From positions 109,492,001-109,556,000 of the forward strand of contig OX597819.1 of the NCBI GenBank assembly GCA_951406725.2: a stretch of 64,000 nt of DNA. Direction: 5' to 3'. Made by a program: the position numbers and the translations under genes. Source of the stretch: Octopus vulgaris (lineage: Eukaryota). The notes beneath the pieces are model-generated. The model had not been told where the DNA came from and ran no database searches. It saw only the letters and a list, made by a program, of their open reading frames with translations. This document shows, piece by piece, positions 1 through 14,100 of the stretch. Each line of letters begins with the position of its first letter. Position 1 is the first letter of the stretch.

Positions 1-295
1 CAATATTCAGCCACAGCACCGTCGTTAATTTAAAGAATTCGTTCAAGGAAGAAAACTGAGAAATCGAAAGATACAGAACCTCGCCGCCCGGAAAAAAAAA
101 GAAAAAAAAACTCATCTAAAAAATACAAAAAAAACATGATTTCGCGTTGGCGAAATGTTTTGGTGGTGTTAGTGTTGGTATTGCCGTTGGTGTTGGTGGC
201 TGTGTTTGGCTGTGTTGGTGTGTGTCTGCATGTGTGTATATGTGTGTGTGTGTGTGTGTGCGTGTGCGCGTGATAGGGGAAGTTTTTTTTTTGTA

Positions 296-510
296 GCATG
301 ATTGATTGGCATCAAGAGATCGATCCACACACATTCGCTGCAAGTTTGCTTCCTCCCCCTTAATATCGCCACTATTCTTCGGGACACCGAGTAAATCAGC
401 CGCTTATTTTATACTGGCGAAATGCGCATGCGCAATTGGATTGATATCCAGAGCATACGCTTTTAATTGGAACACCGCAGCGATGGAGTGGAGTGTGCGC
501 GGGTGATGAC
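296..510. promoter_or_regulatory. Candidate promoter with NRF1-type palindrome and CCAAT boxes
   Basis: Perfect TGCGCATGCGCA at 423-434, ATTGG (reverse CCAAT) at 435-439 and TGATTGGC at 303-310, in a locally CpG-rich non-repetitive patch. No transcript evidence. Confidence 0.4.
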
Positions 511-753
511 GGAGAGCGTTTGGTATTGCTTATGGTGGTCGCGTATGTGAAGGAAAAGTAATGGATATCAATAGAAAATCGAAACGATACCCGTTCTCTC
601 TCTCTCGGTGTGTGTTTGTATGTGTGTGTGTATGTGTGTGTGTGTGTGTATGAATGTGTACGTGTAAGACTGCTAACGGTAGCCAACCTCCTGCCTAATG
701 ATATCGTTTTCCGACATAGCTAATGATCCTGCACCATAAGTAGGAACACACAC

Positions 754-817
<64 letters not shown>

Positions 818-993
818 ACACGCACACAGACACACACACACACACACACACACAAAGAATCATACACTCTGATATACGTAACCAAGTGAAGTCAAATCAG
901 ACGTTCAATACAGTAATACACACACACATATACATATGTATATAATGTGTATGCATATATTTGTATATGAATGCATTTATGTATGTATGCATG

Positions 994-1024
<31 letters not shown>

Positions 1025-1651
1025 GTGTGTATATATATATGAGTATTTATTATATATATATATATATATATATATACATGACATATATATACATATACAT
1101 ACACACACACACACACCACACATATATATATGTAATTATATTAGAGTAAAAAGGACAACAAAACCCTTTTATCATCGTTTTTCCTCTTATATAATATATA
1201 CTTGCTAACTCGGAAGCCTAATACGGATCCCTAGCTCCAGCCCCAGCTGTGAACTTTAGATCACCATTGAACTAAACCTCTCATATTCTTCTTCTTCTTA
1301 TATATATATACATAAATACACACATGCATAAATACACACGCGCACACAACATATGTATATGAAGCTGGTGGAATCACACTGTAATTAAGCAAAGAAAGTA
1401 TTCCATGCAAAGGATCTCCACCTTTTTATTACCATTTTTGCCTATTTTCTAGCTTTATTTCAGTCCCAACCCATTAACGACATCCATTTTCTGTTTACGC
1501 TGTTCTCCGCCAAATGAACCTTGCTCTGTCTTTTCTATTAACACGTTGGACTGTTAATGTTACTGCTTGTCACTTTTACCGGCCTTCAGGCTAGGAGCAG
1601 AGCACATGGCTCAAGCGTTGCTCTCTACACTTCCTTATTTCTTCATCTATA

Positions 1652-2120
1652 TGAAGGTAGTGGATTGGCGGAGGGCGGCGAGCTGGCAGAATCGTTAGCA
1701 CGTCGGGCGAAATGCTTAGCGGTATTTCGTCTGCCGCTACGTTCTGAGTTCAAATTCCGCTGAGGTCAATTTTACCTTTCATCCTTTCGGGGTCGATAAA
1801 TTAAGGACCAGTTACGCACTGGGGTCGATATAATCGACTTAATCCGTTTGTCTGTCTTTGTTTGTCGTCTCTGTGTTTAGCCCCTTGTTGGTAGTAAAGA
1901 AATAGGTAGAGGATTGGCAGAATCGTTAGAGCGTCGGAGAAAATATGCGATAGTTGTTCTGGCTCTTTAGGTTCCGATTTCAAATCTTGCTGAGGTAAAC
2001 TTAGCCTTTCTTTCTTTCGGGATCGATAAAATAAAGTATCAGTCAAATACTGGGATCGATTATGTATCGACTTACCCCTTTCTCTCTGAATGGTTGGTCT
2101 TGTACCTATATTAGAAACTA
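1652..2120 (+). mobile_element. Older family-A-related SINE hosting a younger SINE
   Basis: 17-bp TSD TTATTTCTTCATCTATA at 1635-1651 and 2121-2137; diverged family-A body at 1919-2120. Confidence 0.8.
1670..1903 (+). mobile_element. Young tRNA-derived SINE, family A
   Basis: A-box-like AGCTGGCAGAATCG, B-box GAGTTCAAATTCC, central CCTTTCATCCTTTCGGGGTCGATAAATTAAG (resembles the Nin/Deu SINE domain); TSD AGGTAG(T/A)GGATTGGC at 1655-1669 and 1904-1918. Confidence 0.85.
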
Positions 2121-4344
2121 TTATTTCTTCATCTATAGAATGTCTCGAACCAAAATGGTTCTCACAAAATCATGCCATTTGATCTCTAAGATTCCTTCCT
2201 CGTAAAACTTTGTTTCCAAAGACTCTTACATGAATACCTCCAATTTCATTGTTATGACGTCACTCTTTTCCATATATCTAGCACATCTTACGAGTGACAA
2301 GTTCAGTTTAATTTCCACATGAATCGCCTAGCTATGAGATTCCTACACATTTCAAATAATTTCAACACTTGATGTATCTGTTTAAATCTTTCATTAAATG
2401 CAATTTCTTAAGATACATCAATTCATATAATAATTGCAGAATATTTAGACTTTAGCTATCCCATTAATACACATTCAATGGCACAATTCTTCTACCTGTT
2501 TGCTCAGCCTCCATAATTTCAAGTTTATTGATGTTTTTATTTACCTGGACGTTTGTATCTTTCATCAGCTTGTCTGTCAATCTTTGAAATTTTGATGTTT
2601 CATTACTAAGCCAAACAATATTATCAGCAAAATCCAAATCCGTCAAATACTTTACAAAAATCCATTAAGTTGCTTCTATTCCATTATCGATCGACGCCTT
2701 TACGATGAAATTTACGAATAGAGTACTGCAAGGAGTTATTCTATTGCTTCTCTGCAGTACTGCATTCATCACAAATTCCTTTGAGAGTAGGTTCCGCCCG
2801 CTTCTGCCACATTTACTTCCACGTTGTGTTACATGAAATCAGAATGCTTTTCTGGCAAACCACAGTAAATTTAAATCCTATAAACACAATCAAAACCCTT
2901 TTCCACTCTACAAAAGCCATTACTAAAAGCTGTCTGACGCGATATTGTTCAACAATAACCTTGAGCAAAATATAAATTGGCGATCGCCGGAAGCCTGCTT
3001 GTTCATCCCTTTGTAGGCTGTCCAAAGCAACGTTTACTCTTTTCAAGAAGACCAAACTCTGAGCGACTTCAATACTGTACTGCTTACAGTTATTATGTCC
3101 CTCCAATAATCACACTCTCTGACTGGCCTGTTATGGTATCAGAGACACAATCAAGAGCTTTTAATCTTCAGGTGTGTCTAATATTCCATATATTACAAAA
3201 TACTCTTTTAGCCACGTGCTTCTCCGTTTATAACGCCCCTCTTACACCCAGCCAATCCAAAAGATCTTTAATTGCTCAATGACTTGTTATTTCTTCAACA
3301 CTTATTTCATGTTCAACTAATTGCAGATGTTGCAGTTCAGGAATTATCAGAATATTCCTCTCGTTAAACATCTTGTTCACGACGACATTTAAATGTTCTT
3401 TACGTTCTTTCTTGGATGTTTATAATTTATATCAAATGTTAGATCATCAATACTAAACACATATAGTCATTTGGATATATATTTACCTGTAGTCTCGTTT
3501 CTTATTTTACAAGCTTTTTCGATTTTTCTTCTGCTTCATCAGCTTTCACTTCCAAGTATCTTTTTTTTGTTAACTCTTGAACACCGTTCATCTCTCTGTT
3601 AAGACCCCAATATTTTGCTTATTCAACTTTAAGGCCATCAAATTCCTTCTTCATCTTGCAACAATTCGATTTTCTTCCTTTCATGACTCAATAATTCCCT
3701 TATTTCTCCAGAAATCCATTTCCTTTTTTTTTGTCTTCTGTCCAGAACACCATTGGCTACTTTCCAGTATACATCCATTACATTCTTTCATTCGGTATTG
3801 ATGTCTACTTCATCTATAACTTCAAACATTATAAATCGATTATGACATCCAATTTTAAATTCATCCTTTAATCCATCATCCTATCATGCTTTAACTTTTC
3901 CCACTCAAACCTGGTTATCGCTTCCTTCTTTTACTGAATTTTCTCTATTACTGACTAAAGGCCACTTCTAATATCAGCACCTTGATGTGCTCTAACATCT
4001 AGTTATAGCAATTTTTTATTTACCGATTTATCGAGATATCATCATCTATTCTGTTTCAGTATTTTCTTTTTTACCAGGAAATGCTCAATTACATTTATGA
4101 ATATTTTTGTGATTAAAGAAAATATTTCCTTTAATAACGACATTATTTGCTGTACAGAAGCTGATCAAAAGCATACCATTTTCGTTAACATATCTAAGCT
4201 TATGTATACCCGTTCTTCTGATCCATAACACCGTTGCTTCTTCTAGCTTTCACACAATTTATTTTATCTCTCTTGCTGCTGTACTATTAATTCCGTCATG
4301 CAACATTGCAGCAATTCTTTGGTTGCATTATTTAAAAGTGCACA

Positions 4345-4515
4345 AAGGAGGTGGATTGGCAGAGTCATTGAAATAAACGCTTCGTGGCATTTTTTCTGAA
4401 TTTTCTGAATCCTTTGCCTTTCATCTCCCCAGGGTCGATAAAATAAAATATTGGTCAGATACGGGCGCCGATAGTATCGACTTGCTAATTTTTATGCTTA
4501 AATAAAAAGCCATTA
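4345..4515 (+). mobile_element. Diverged family-A SINE
   Basis: GGATTGGCAGAGTC...GCCTTTCATCTCCCCAGGGTCGATAAAATAA matches the copies at 1670 and 1919. Confidence 0.65.
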
Positions 4516-4959
4516 TTTATTGGTACACAAGAAACAATTACACTGATTTTGCATTGCTTAGTTTCACTAAAAGCATTCTGTTACTAGTTAAAGGTTTTCA
4601 TTCCGGCAACGCTCTTGAAGTATTGTTATTCAGAATCAAACAGTTTCCGTTACATTGCATGTAATGTTCTCTTCGAAAGATCAAAACTATATTGTCTTCT
4701 ATCGTAATGATTTATGAAAAACAAAAAAACAAAATAAAAAGCAAAACAAAGGAAACAACAATATGATCACAGCAATCCTGCACAAATATTGATCAAATCA
4801 GATCCATTTAGCTTTAGGAGTTAGTTAGCCACTGTGATTCGCTACTCGGAGTATCTCACTCCCTATTCTCAAAAGTAAACATTTCATTGCGGGCGTCAGA
4901 AAATTAAAGGGAGCATTGCGATTAGTAGATTCATCTCAGAGAAGGGTTGGGTGGCATGA

Positions 4960-5185
4960 TCCTCGGACTATAAAATAATGGTTCCTGGTTTTGGCTGAAA
5001 AGCAGAAATTTTGAGAGAGGGGATTAGGTGATATTATCGACCAGTATTAGACCAGTACTTTAGTTTATCGCTCCGGAGGGATGAAACGCAAAGTTTGGTG
5101 TTGGCGAGATTTGAAGTCTGAAAGCAAAGAGCTAGAAGAAGAAACGCAGAGGACTTTTTCCGACATTGCTCGGACCGCCTTCGGA
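4960..5185 (-). mobile_element. Diverged family-A SINE
   Basis: Reverse complement of the family-A core (TTTATCG...GGATGAAACGCAAAGT...GATTTGAA). Confidence 0.6.
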
Positions 5186-7720
5186 CTGAGAAAGATTAAA
5201 AAATGGAGATTCTAGTTATTGAGAATGAGTTTGATTGAGAAGGCTGTGAAGTGTGCGTGGTGGGATTGTTTTTTGTGTTTGTTTTGCTTTATTTGCAAGA
5301 AGTGTTTCTGTCTGTATCATGAAAGTATACACAGGCTATAACCTACAGTATATTGTACCCTTCAAATTACTACACTGAGGTGTTTCTTTTGTTGACAGCT
5401 TAGCCCCTAGCTAACCCACCAATCTTAAAGTATGTGTTTAATGTAGTATATATTACGAAGCAGCTTTAATAATGTTTTTGCAATTGTATGTTGCGAGCAG
5501 GTGGTTCGGACTGGGTGAGTGTTTAAAAATACAATACTATTTTTTGACCGTCAGAAAAGGAAGCTGGGTAAGTTTACTTTGTCAGCTCGTGGGGTTGTGT
5601 ATGGATAGCCGGGTATGGAAACATGGCAATTTAACAGATAGGAATGGAAGTTATTTTATTTTGTTTGTGAGAAAAGAATTTTTCAATACATAAACTAACA
5701 TGGCGAATGAACACAACAAAAATTAAGGTGTGGTGCGCGTGTGATTTGTTTGCGAGTGATGTATTTAAGGGCGGGTAAATTTGCTTTACTATGGCTGCAA
5801 AATCTTACTGATCATTCTTATGATCAAAGGCCTTTCACCCGCGACTATCCTGCTTTCTGTATAATAAGGAGAACATTATGTAATGTATCCTTCTTTATTT
5901 AAGATGGCGTTGTGGGATTTAAAGAAAATTAATTTACTATTTCTAGTAGGCCGAATGTCTGCGTAAAAGCTGGTTTAGGGACTCTGGCCCAAAAGTTAAT
6001 CATGCATGGTCTTATACGTTCCCAGTGATTTGTGGCAACAACAAGATGTACAGTGGTTGGGGTGGTGTACTTTATAAAACGAGCCAAACAACATTTACTT
6101 AATTCACACCCGTAATGGACAGAAAAATCATCAACGCTAATGATAATTTTTGTCAGGAAAAGCAAGGGAAAAAAGTCTGATGTCAAAATTGATTAAAAGT
6201 TAGAGTCATACAATGGTGAGTGAGTCAGATCTTCAGTAAGTCGATGACTCACATCATAATTCTGTCCTATACCTCTTCAACAAAGCATAATGTTACACGT
6301 AGTTAGCAAACTCTAGAATGATTCAAACAATGTAGATTTTGAGCGGGAAACATTCATTAATTTGGCAATGTAAAGCATTGACAGAGGAAAATATCCTAGG
6401 GATGCCTTAAACACGAAAGCTGCAAAGATAAATAGAAATTAACATACCCAACGGAGTGATCGCCACTAAAAATGTGAATCGATTAAAACTAGCTCGGGAT
6501 GAAGAAAAATAATCATTTGTGTTAATGATAATGTCAATTCTAGAAGGCACCATTGGGAAAGTTTTACAATGCTGTTAGATATACGTACGATGTTTGTCTC
6601 TCTCTGTTTGCATTAACGACTGTCTAACGGTGATATTAGTAATGTACTTATCATTACCCATCTACCATCAGCATAGCTTGGTTGGTAGGTAAGATTCATG
6701 TTAAACATATACAACTATTTGCCGCAACTGACATTCGTTATAATATCTAACACCGCTTTGGCCATCGATTTCTCGTTATATTTGCTCAGAGTTATCATTA
6801 ATAGACATTTCCAAAATCCAAATCGATTAAAAATTAAATTAGGGTATGCAGTGTGGAGTTGCTGCCACTACTGCTGCTGCTGCTGCTGTTGCTATTGTTA
6901 TTGTTGTTGTTGTTGTTTGACCACATGTCAGTCTCAGTCGGACAAACCTATGACCAAAGGCGTCTCTGCCAAGACTATACTGCCCTTGTTTGCCATATAT
7001 AGTATATCCAGAATTCCATTATCCGATGTATCCTTCCTTTTTGTTGTGGAAGTATTCCGAGCACACCCATGTGACTGAAAGTGGACTGAAACAATTTTAT
7101 AATATAAAGAATTGTCAGCAATTGAGGCAAGCAGTTCACTGTGAGCCGTTCATTGAGATCGTTGAGTCTCGTGTAATAGTAATCGTATTGCGTCGTGTAA
7201 ATTCTTTCTCCCTTGCTTCGTTAAATCATATATCCAACACTTTTTAAAGACAGTAGCGTGTGCATGTCATTTCGAGGAGATTCTGCTGCTATTTCTAGTA
7301 GGAGGCGTGAACACACGGAGCCTTTCTTATTGGCACGCTTTACAGAAGTTGCTGATAGACTAACAGGAAATCAACGGTTCGTCAGATTGTTAGCCTAATG
7401 ATCAAGGTTTTGAAAACAACTACAAACGCTCGGAGCTATGTTGCATTCATAACATTCTCTTATCTCTCGATAGCTCACGATTGCTCACAGACAATAGGTA
7501 ACATGCACAAAAGTAAACAGGAACATAAAATGCCCGTTGTTTATTTAATGATTTGCTAATATATCTATTTCAGAATTTTTTTTAAATGTAAGAATTTATG
7601 ATGCGAAGTCAATGCGATGTGTATCAGACAATAAATAGATTCCTGCCCTTGGGCCACTGGGAGAGGCGAAAAATCGAAATTACCATTAAAAGTTTACGAA
7701 GCACTCGTTAGTTATAGAAA

Positions 7721-7770
<50 letters not shown>

Positions 7771-7772
7771 GT

Positions 7773-7812
<40 letters not shown>

Positions 7813-8154
7813 GACAAATATATATATGCACATGCATATATACATGCACATATACATATTTATGTATGTATTTATATACATATATGTGCATATATAGTGC
7901 TCAAGAGATTTGACCTTCAGCAGGTAGAGAAGTAAATGTAAGGACAAACAAATTAGGTAAGCCGATATATAAAAATATTAAATGCATTTAATACAAAAGA
8001 TATTAAATACATTTTATACATATGTACATATTTTATATTAAATGTATTTAATATTTGTTTATATCGACTTGCCTAAGTTGCTTGTTCTTACATTTATACA
8101 TACATACATACATACATACATACATACATACATACATACATACATACATACATC

Positions 8155-8483
8155 CGGAGCAAGAAACCCTGGAAGTCCACTAAGGCGTTACAAGGACAGC
8201 TTGAAGACTTCTCTTGAGGCCCGCGGCATTTCAGCCCGTGGCTGGGAATCGCTTGCCTCTGACCGCGGTGCCTGGCGTCTAGCTGTCCAAAAGGGTGTTA
8301 GGATGTTCGTGGAAAAGCGGCTGAAGAGCCTGGATCAGAAGCGACAAGCCCGAAAATAGAGGATCCTCAACCCTACTTCTGTTGTTACGTGCCCAAGATG
8401 TGGCCCCGTCTGCGCATCCACCTTTGGGTTACGCTTCCACCTCCGGCGTCACTTACGTCATTGTCGAACCTCGGCAGACTTCC

Positions 8484-8485
<2 letters not shown>
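8155..8485 (+). mobile_element. 5'-truncated RTE-like LINE 3' end with C2H2 finger
   Basis: [39 protein letters not shown] is a typical RTE C-terminus; after an in-frame stop comes TCPRCGPVCASTFGLRFHLRRH. Lies between (CATA)n and (TATC)n. Confidence 0.8.
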
Positions 8486-8559
<74 letters not shown>

Positions 8560-8563
<4 letters not shown>

Positions 8564-9669
8564 ATACTTATCTCTCATATAAAATAGACCTGTGTGTGTG
8601 TATTCACTGCGCGAATTGCTTCCATACTGAGATGCCTAAATAATTTAACTTCGGATACATATTAGGGTCTTCAGTTTATTTTTTATTGAAAATAAGTAAT
8701 ATTGTTTTATATGTATGATTCACTTCTTTAAAAAGGTTTTTCACCGTCAACTTCCGGTATTGACGGCAGAATTTTTAGTTTTCATTTGCAAAATCCCTCA
8801 CTCTCTATTTTAATGTTTTCATTTCCAGTTTTAATTCGCTATTTGCAAACAACTACGATAAATTACTGAAAGAAATATCTAAGTTCACAAATCTAAATAT
8901 TCGGTACAATGTAGTTTTTAACGAGCTTTTATTTATACGAATTTTTTTTATTTCATGCTTATTTCATTCATTGTTTGCAATGTTCTCTCTCTCCCTCTCT
9001 CTCACACACACACGCACAAATCAGTCACACACGCACACATGTTTTTGTATGTACGTTTGTATACATTTATGTACGTGTGTGTGAGTGTGTGAGAGAGAGA
9101 GAGAGGGAGAGAGAGTGAGTGCATCAGTCAAAGGGTTTGTTGTCATTTATACGTACAAACATAAATACATATGCATACATCTTTTTTGTATGCATGTGTG
9201 TGTGTGTGTGTGTATGTGTGTGTGTGTGTGAGAGAGTGATGTCTAAATGGTACTCTCTCTCTCTAACTTTTTCTCTCTCACACACGGACATATGCATATA
9301 AAAAAGATGTTTTAGTCGGCTAAAACAGTACCTGTTGTCATAGGTGCCCTGGGAATGATAGCAAAAGGGGCTGATTGCTACCTAGCTCAGATACAAGGAA
9401 ACCCCAAAATGGCAGAAATTCAGAAGATAGTACTCATGGGAACTGCTCATATCCTACACAAAATACTTTCTATGTAATCTCAAGTTTTAAAACAAACATA
9501 ATTTTCTTATGGTTTCTTAAACATTCACTAATACAACACTGAATACAAGACCAGATATATGGCATCCTAGGCATAACACAAACATGAACTTCTAACTTGT
9601 TGTCTCTTGAGGTCTCTGGGTGAGACTTGGAGCCAACTCGTACAAATGTAAAGCAAAAGTCAAACATAG

Positions 9670-9700
<31 letters not shown>

Positions 9701-9733
9701 GTATTATTATCATTATTATTATTATTATTATTA

Positions 9734-9814
<81 letters not shown>

Positions 9815-9945
9815 GTATTATGAATTCAGAATTGGTTTCTTAATTGAAGAATAAATTGAATTTAGAATAACAATTTTCTATACAACATATTTTGCTTTTT
9901 TCTTCCAATATATAATTCCCGAGCAACGCCGGGTGTCTCTGCTAG
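8560..9945 (+). mobile_element. Non-autonomous Helitron with nested insertion
   Basis: 5' A|TC start at 8560 or 8571 (TCTTATACTTATCTCTCATATAAAA); 3' hairpin CCCGAGCAACGCCGGG at 9918-9933 followed by CTAG|T at 9942-9946. Confidence 0.65.
9301..9780 (+). mobile_element. R4/Dong-like non-LTR retrotransposon 3' fragment with (TAA)n tail
   Basis: Encodes KTVPVVIGALGMIAKGADCYLAQIQGNPKMAEIQKIVLMGTAHILHKILSM*, the R4/Dong C-terminus; the 3' UTR runs into (TAA)n/(TTA)n from 9670. Confidence 0.8.
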
Positions 9946-10789
9946 TATAATACAATATATATATATTTACATATATATACACACATACATTGATATACAT
10001 ATACAAACATACACACACAATACACACACACATAGTGTAACTACATTAGACAATACTGTAGGAAGAACAAAGTTTAGCGAATAAGGTTGAATAGAAAAAG
10101 AAATTGCCTAAACAGCTCAGATGTTAGTTCTCTATCGGAAGGAGAGCGGCATAGAGGGAGTGAGAAAGTGAAGTAGTCAATGAAAGAAAATATATATGTA
10201 AATACCAACGTAGCATTGTTATAAGTAAATATATATATGTAAATCATATACAATATACTCAGTCAACATATATCTAGTTTCACTATACAATCATAGAATT
10301 TTCGATAACCAAGACTAAAGAATCGTCTGATATACGTTCCGTCTTCCTCAATATTCACCAGGATCGCTTGCCTTCTCAATTATCGATATTACGGAGAACG
10401 AATCTTCTCAAAAAAGTAGAGAAACTATTGTCACTTTACATGACTGAGTCATATATATCTTCAAATCAACGTTGTGTTAATACTTGATACATTCCGACCC
10501 TCAGCGTTGTGCGATGTACTTTAATTTATTCAAATTTTGTAAAAAGTGAATTGTTCTCTGTGCTTTATGTGGTTTAGAGGTGAGGTAAACGAATCTGATG
10601 AGCTTTGAGACAAACAAAACATATATCGACCAAATAAACACTTTCAGTTTCTGAACATTTTGTGATTTATTCAAAGGTTATATTTTCACAGCAAAGCCAA
10701 ATATACATCAATATTTATCAAGTTTGTTGTATATGATTAATATACACACATTTTTATGTATATGTATATGTAAGTGAAATTATATACGC

Positions 10790-11115
10790 AGCATAGGTGA
10801 TTTGTTAAGAATTTCACTTTGCAATGTCAAGGTTCCGCGTTTGATTCCAACATATGGCATCTTGGACAAGTGTCTTTTACTATAGCTTCAGGTCTTTCCG
10901 TACCTTGCGAGAGAACCTTAGAAGGAAACTATTTGGAGGCTCAGCGGATGGATTGTTCCTGTTGTAATTCAAAGGTCCATCCATGTCACAGTATGTCATG
11001 CTGATTCTACTTGCGAGTTGCGCAAAGGGCACACGAATCTCGGTTACTTTACATGCAAATTTAACGGACAAGTTGTATACTTGAGTGAATTACAGAATAC
11101 TTATCGTCGACAGTG
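10790..11115 (+). mobile_element. Old chimeric SINE (family-B-like head plus family-C-like tail)
   Basis: Head GGCATCTTGGACAAGTGTCTTTTACTATAGC matches family B; tail TTCAAAGGTCC...TGTCATGCTGA...AAGGGCACACG matches the tail of the SINE at 43680-44075. Confidence 0.55.
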
Positions 11116-12186
11116 AGTGTGTTCATGTGTGAGTGTGTGTGTATGTTGCGAATTATATTTATATTCCTCCAGGTGCTATGGTTGAAGACACGTACATATA
11201 TCTCCCTCCAAATCAGTAAAGTGTTATTTGATGGTGATTTGACTGTTATTTCTAGCGTGTAAGAGACTCCTTTGAGAGGAGTGCTGCATAGGAGGCACTA
11301 TGCGGAAACCAACCACCTACTGTTCTAGAATCACAGACATAAAAAAATATTTCGCACCATACAGTATCTTTCTAAGTATAAAAGCGTAGTTATTTGAAGG
11401 AGTCGTCTGGAACAACTGACAAGTTTTTGTCCCAAATCTTATTTATGCATTGGTGCATTAACAGATAAGATCGTTTCTATTAAACGAACATGGAAGTTGA
11501 CATGACAGTAAATCTTCAATCAAAATGGCCGACTATGAATTATTAACACGAGGTTAAAAGAAAAAAAGAACCCACAACCAGAAATGTAATAATAACAATA
11601 CAACAATTACAATAAAAAATGACTGCAGTGAGAGTGTTTCATGATTAGGAATCGTTTGTTGTTGGCATCGAACAAAACGTGACATCGAATAACTTCACCG
11701 TGTCGAGATATTTTCAAACATACATCGCAGAACAATGTTCGAAACGGTCATAAGTGATAAATTTATATGTCAGCCATATTTTGTTTTCGTTTTGTGGAGA
11801 TTTTATTGGCGTCGGCTGAAGGAAGAAGGAGAGTTGTTGTACGTTGGAATATTTGTATATGCGCGCGTGCCCGTGTATGTGAGTGTCTATGTGAGTATGT
11901 GTGTGTGCATGTGAGTGTGTGTGTGTGTGAGGAGAATGTCTGAATTTTCAAATGATTTTTTTCGTCTTGTTTCGTTTTATATGACATTATTTAAAAGAAA
12001 TGTGTAGACGGGAATATTGGATTAATATTAGTGTAATCATCTTAATCGTAAGCGACTATGCAAATTCAGTATTAATACATATCACACAATACTGTCTCAC
12101 CTGTTTTGTCCCATGCACATTCTATATACATACATATGTATATATACATATGTGTGTGTGTATGTTAATGTATATATATATATATA

Positions 12187-12960
12187 GGTAAGCAGAGTTA
12201 GCGGATATAGTAACCGACTAAGGGATAAGATATCCGTATATACTATCGGTATCAGTTACCCGCGTTATCTCTGGGGATGGGTATTTATTCTTATTTATGG
12301 TATGTCGAGAAGCTGCAGAATGCCATAAGCGGCCTCGTACAACTTATATCATAGTCTTCTACTCTGCACCCTTTATTTATTTACTTATTTTTCTTTTTTA
12401 TTTACATATTCATTGAAACGGTTTTAACTTTTGCCCTTGATTAAAATATAATTGACCAATTGTAGAGATCGCTAGACTTCAGCATATCCCATTGCGGATA
12501 ACAGATGGTGTTCTCTGTAATATTTCTGTAAGTACTGTATCATATGAAGCCTACGGTATTGTTTTGGATAAATATCAGCTAGAGATGTTTACGTTAATAT
12601 AGGTAATGTTCTTTTTATAGTAATTTTCTCGTATTATTTTTATGCTAACTTCTTTTCACAACTTTTAAAACATCTTTGTTTCCTCTTTTTATGGAAATAG
12701 CTCGAAATTTTTTTCCCTAGATCATTGCAAGATCACTCTTTCGCCTACGGAATTCGAAGCCCTATGATGGAAGATTGTATGATTTGAATATATTAGGCCT
12801 CCAGACTTCTTCACAAGGCCATGCTTTCTTTCCTATTCCCTCTTCCTTTTGATTATCGTGGACGTTTTTGTACTCTGATGAAGCTCCATGTTCTAGTTCG
12901 AATATCCTATGAAGATGAAGAAGCGGAAACGGCCGTAAGAATTGTTATGTCACATAAATG
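12187..12960. mobile_element. Penelope-like element remnant with hammerhead-like motif
   Basis: 12187-12280 is homologous to 42476-42570, and 12750-12960 is homologous (inverted) to 42735-42990. CTGATGA at 12875 and GAAAC-GGCC-GTA at 12926-12937. Confidence 0.55.
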
Positions 12961-13009
12961 TTATGTCATGTTTTGTATTAAATAATAAGCTATAGACGTG
13001 GTCCAATTG

Positions 13010-13515
13010 ATATATTCTCTTTTTTTCTCTTTTCTCATAAATGGAGCAAAAACGCAATAGAGTACAATAAAACATTCGAACAGATAGACGATACAAGGCG
13101 GGCAAGAGAAACAACAATTAGAAGGACAGGCAAAAAAAAAAAATAATAAAACGGAGAACATTGTACACAAAAAGATGAAAAATGGAGAACATGTTACGTA
13201 ATTACGAAACAAACAACAAGAAAATAACATGTGTCTTTCGACTGAGAACGAATTAAATTGAGCTGGCGTGTATGAAGTGAAAACCTAAAGGCAGGAACAT
13301 AGGAGATGGACATAAGAGGGGTTGACGGTCGGCAGTCAGGCCAAGAAAGAACGATCACGGCTGGCCGGATACTGGTCACGTGGAAGGAGAAGAGATGGGT
13401 AGGGGACAGCGGGATTGAGTGATTAGAAAAATATTAAGAGACAAAGAGAAAGGTACGGGGAGATAAACGAGTGGGAAATAGTGGGAGCTAAATAAAGCGA
13501 GGGCCAAGAAATGTT

Positions 13516-13555
<40 letters not shown>

Positions 13556-14072
13556 CGAGAAAAAGTAAGAGGGAAGAAAGGGGGCAGAATAAAAGATAGA
13601 GTAAGAGTCGTACAAAATTTAGATATATACCTACTATAAGGTGAGCACAAGTGTGTACGCCGCTATATGTATATATAAATAAAAAAATGGAACAAAAATG
13701 CGATAGAGTACAATAAAACATTCGGACAGATAGACGATACAAGGGTGGAAAGGAGAAACAACAATTAAAAGGACAGGCACAAAAAGACGAATCATTCGTG
13801 GCCTTCTTTCCTCAGTCAAGTCCCAGAAGTCACGACCGTTTCGGGCAGTTACACTTAAGACGGTTCGATCTGGTTGCCCTCCCCACCCAAAAGTCTAAAC
13901 TAAGAGCATTAGACCCCTTTGTAAGAAAGCTAGCGAATGTGTACGGCACAAAAGACAAAAAACGAAGAACATGGTACACAAAAAGACGAAAAATAGAGAA
14001 CATGGTACGCAATTCCGAATATAAACAAGAAAATATTAAACAGATGTCTTTCAACTGAGAACGAATCAAATT
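13010..14072 (-). mobile_element. Direct-repeat-bounded element (Penelope pseudo-LTR-like)
   Basis: 13038-13140 repeats at 13686-13785 and 13217-13260 repeats at 14027-14072; a related copy lies at 15970-16160. Confidence 0.55.
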
Positions 14073-14100
14073 TATATATATATATATATATATATATGCA

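Larger units (their letters stand above)
1385..4720 (-). mobile_element. Degenerate RTE-clade LINE (APE + RT remnant), interrupted by SINEs
   Basis: Minus-strand fragments in the correct order: NENGMLLISFCTANN (~4140-4185) and DVRAHQGADIRSG (~3960-4000) from the endonuclease; DEQAGFRR (ORF 2813-3106) and TDLDFADNI (ORF 2464-2646) from the RT; RARFIWRRT from the C-terminus (~1500-1530). Many stops and frameshifts; boundaries approximate. Confidence 0.8.
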
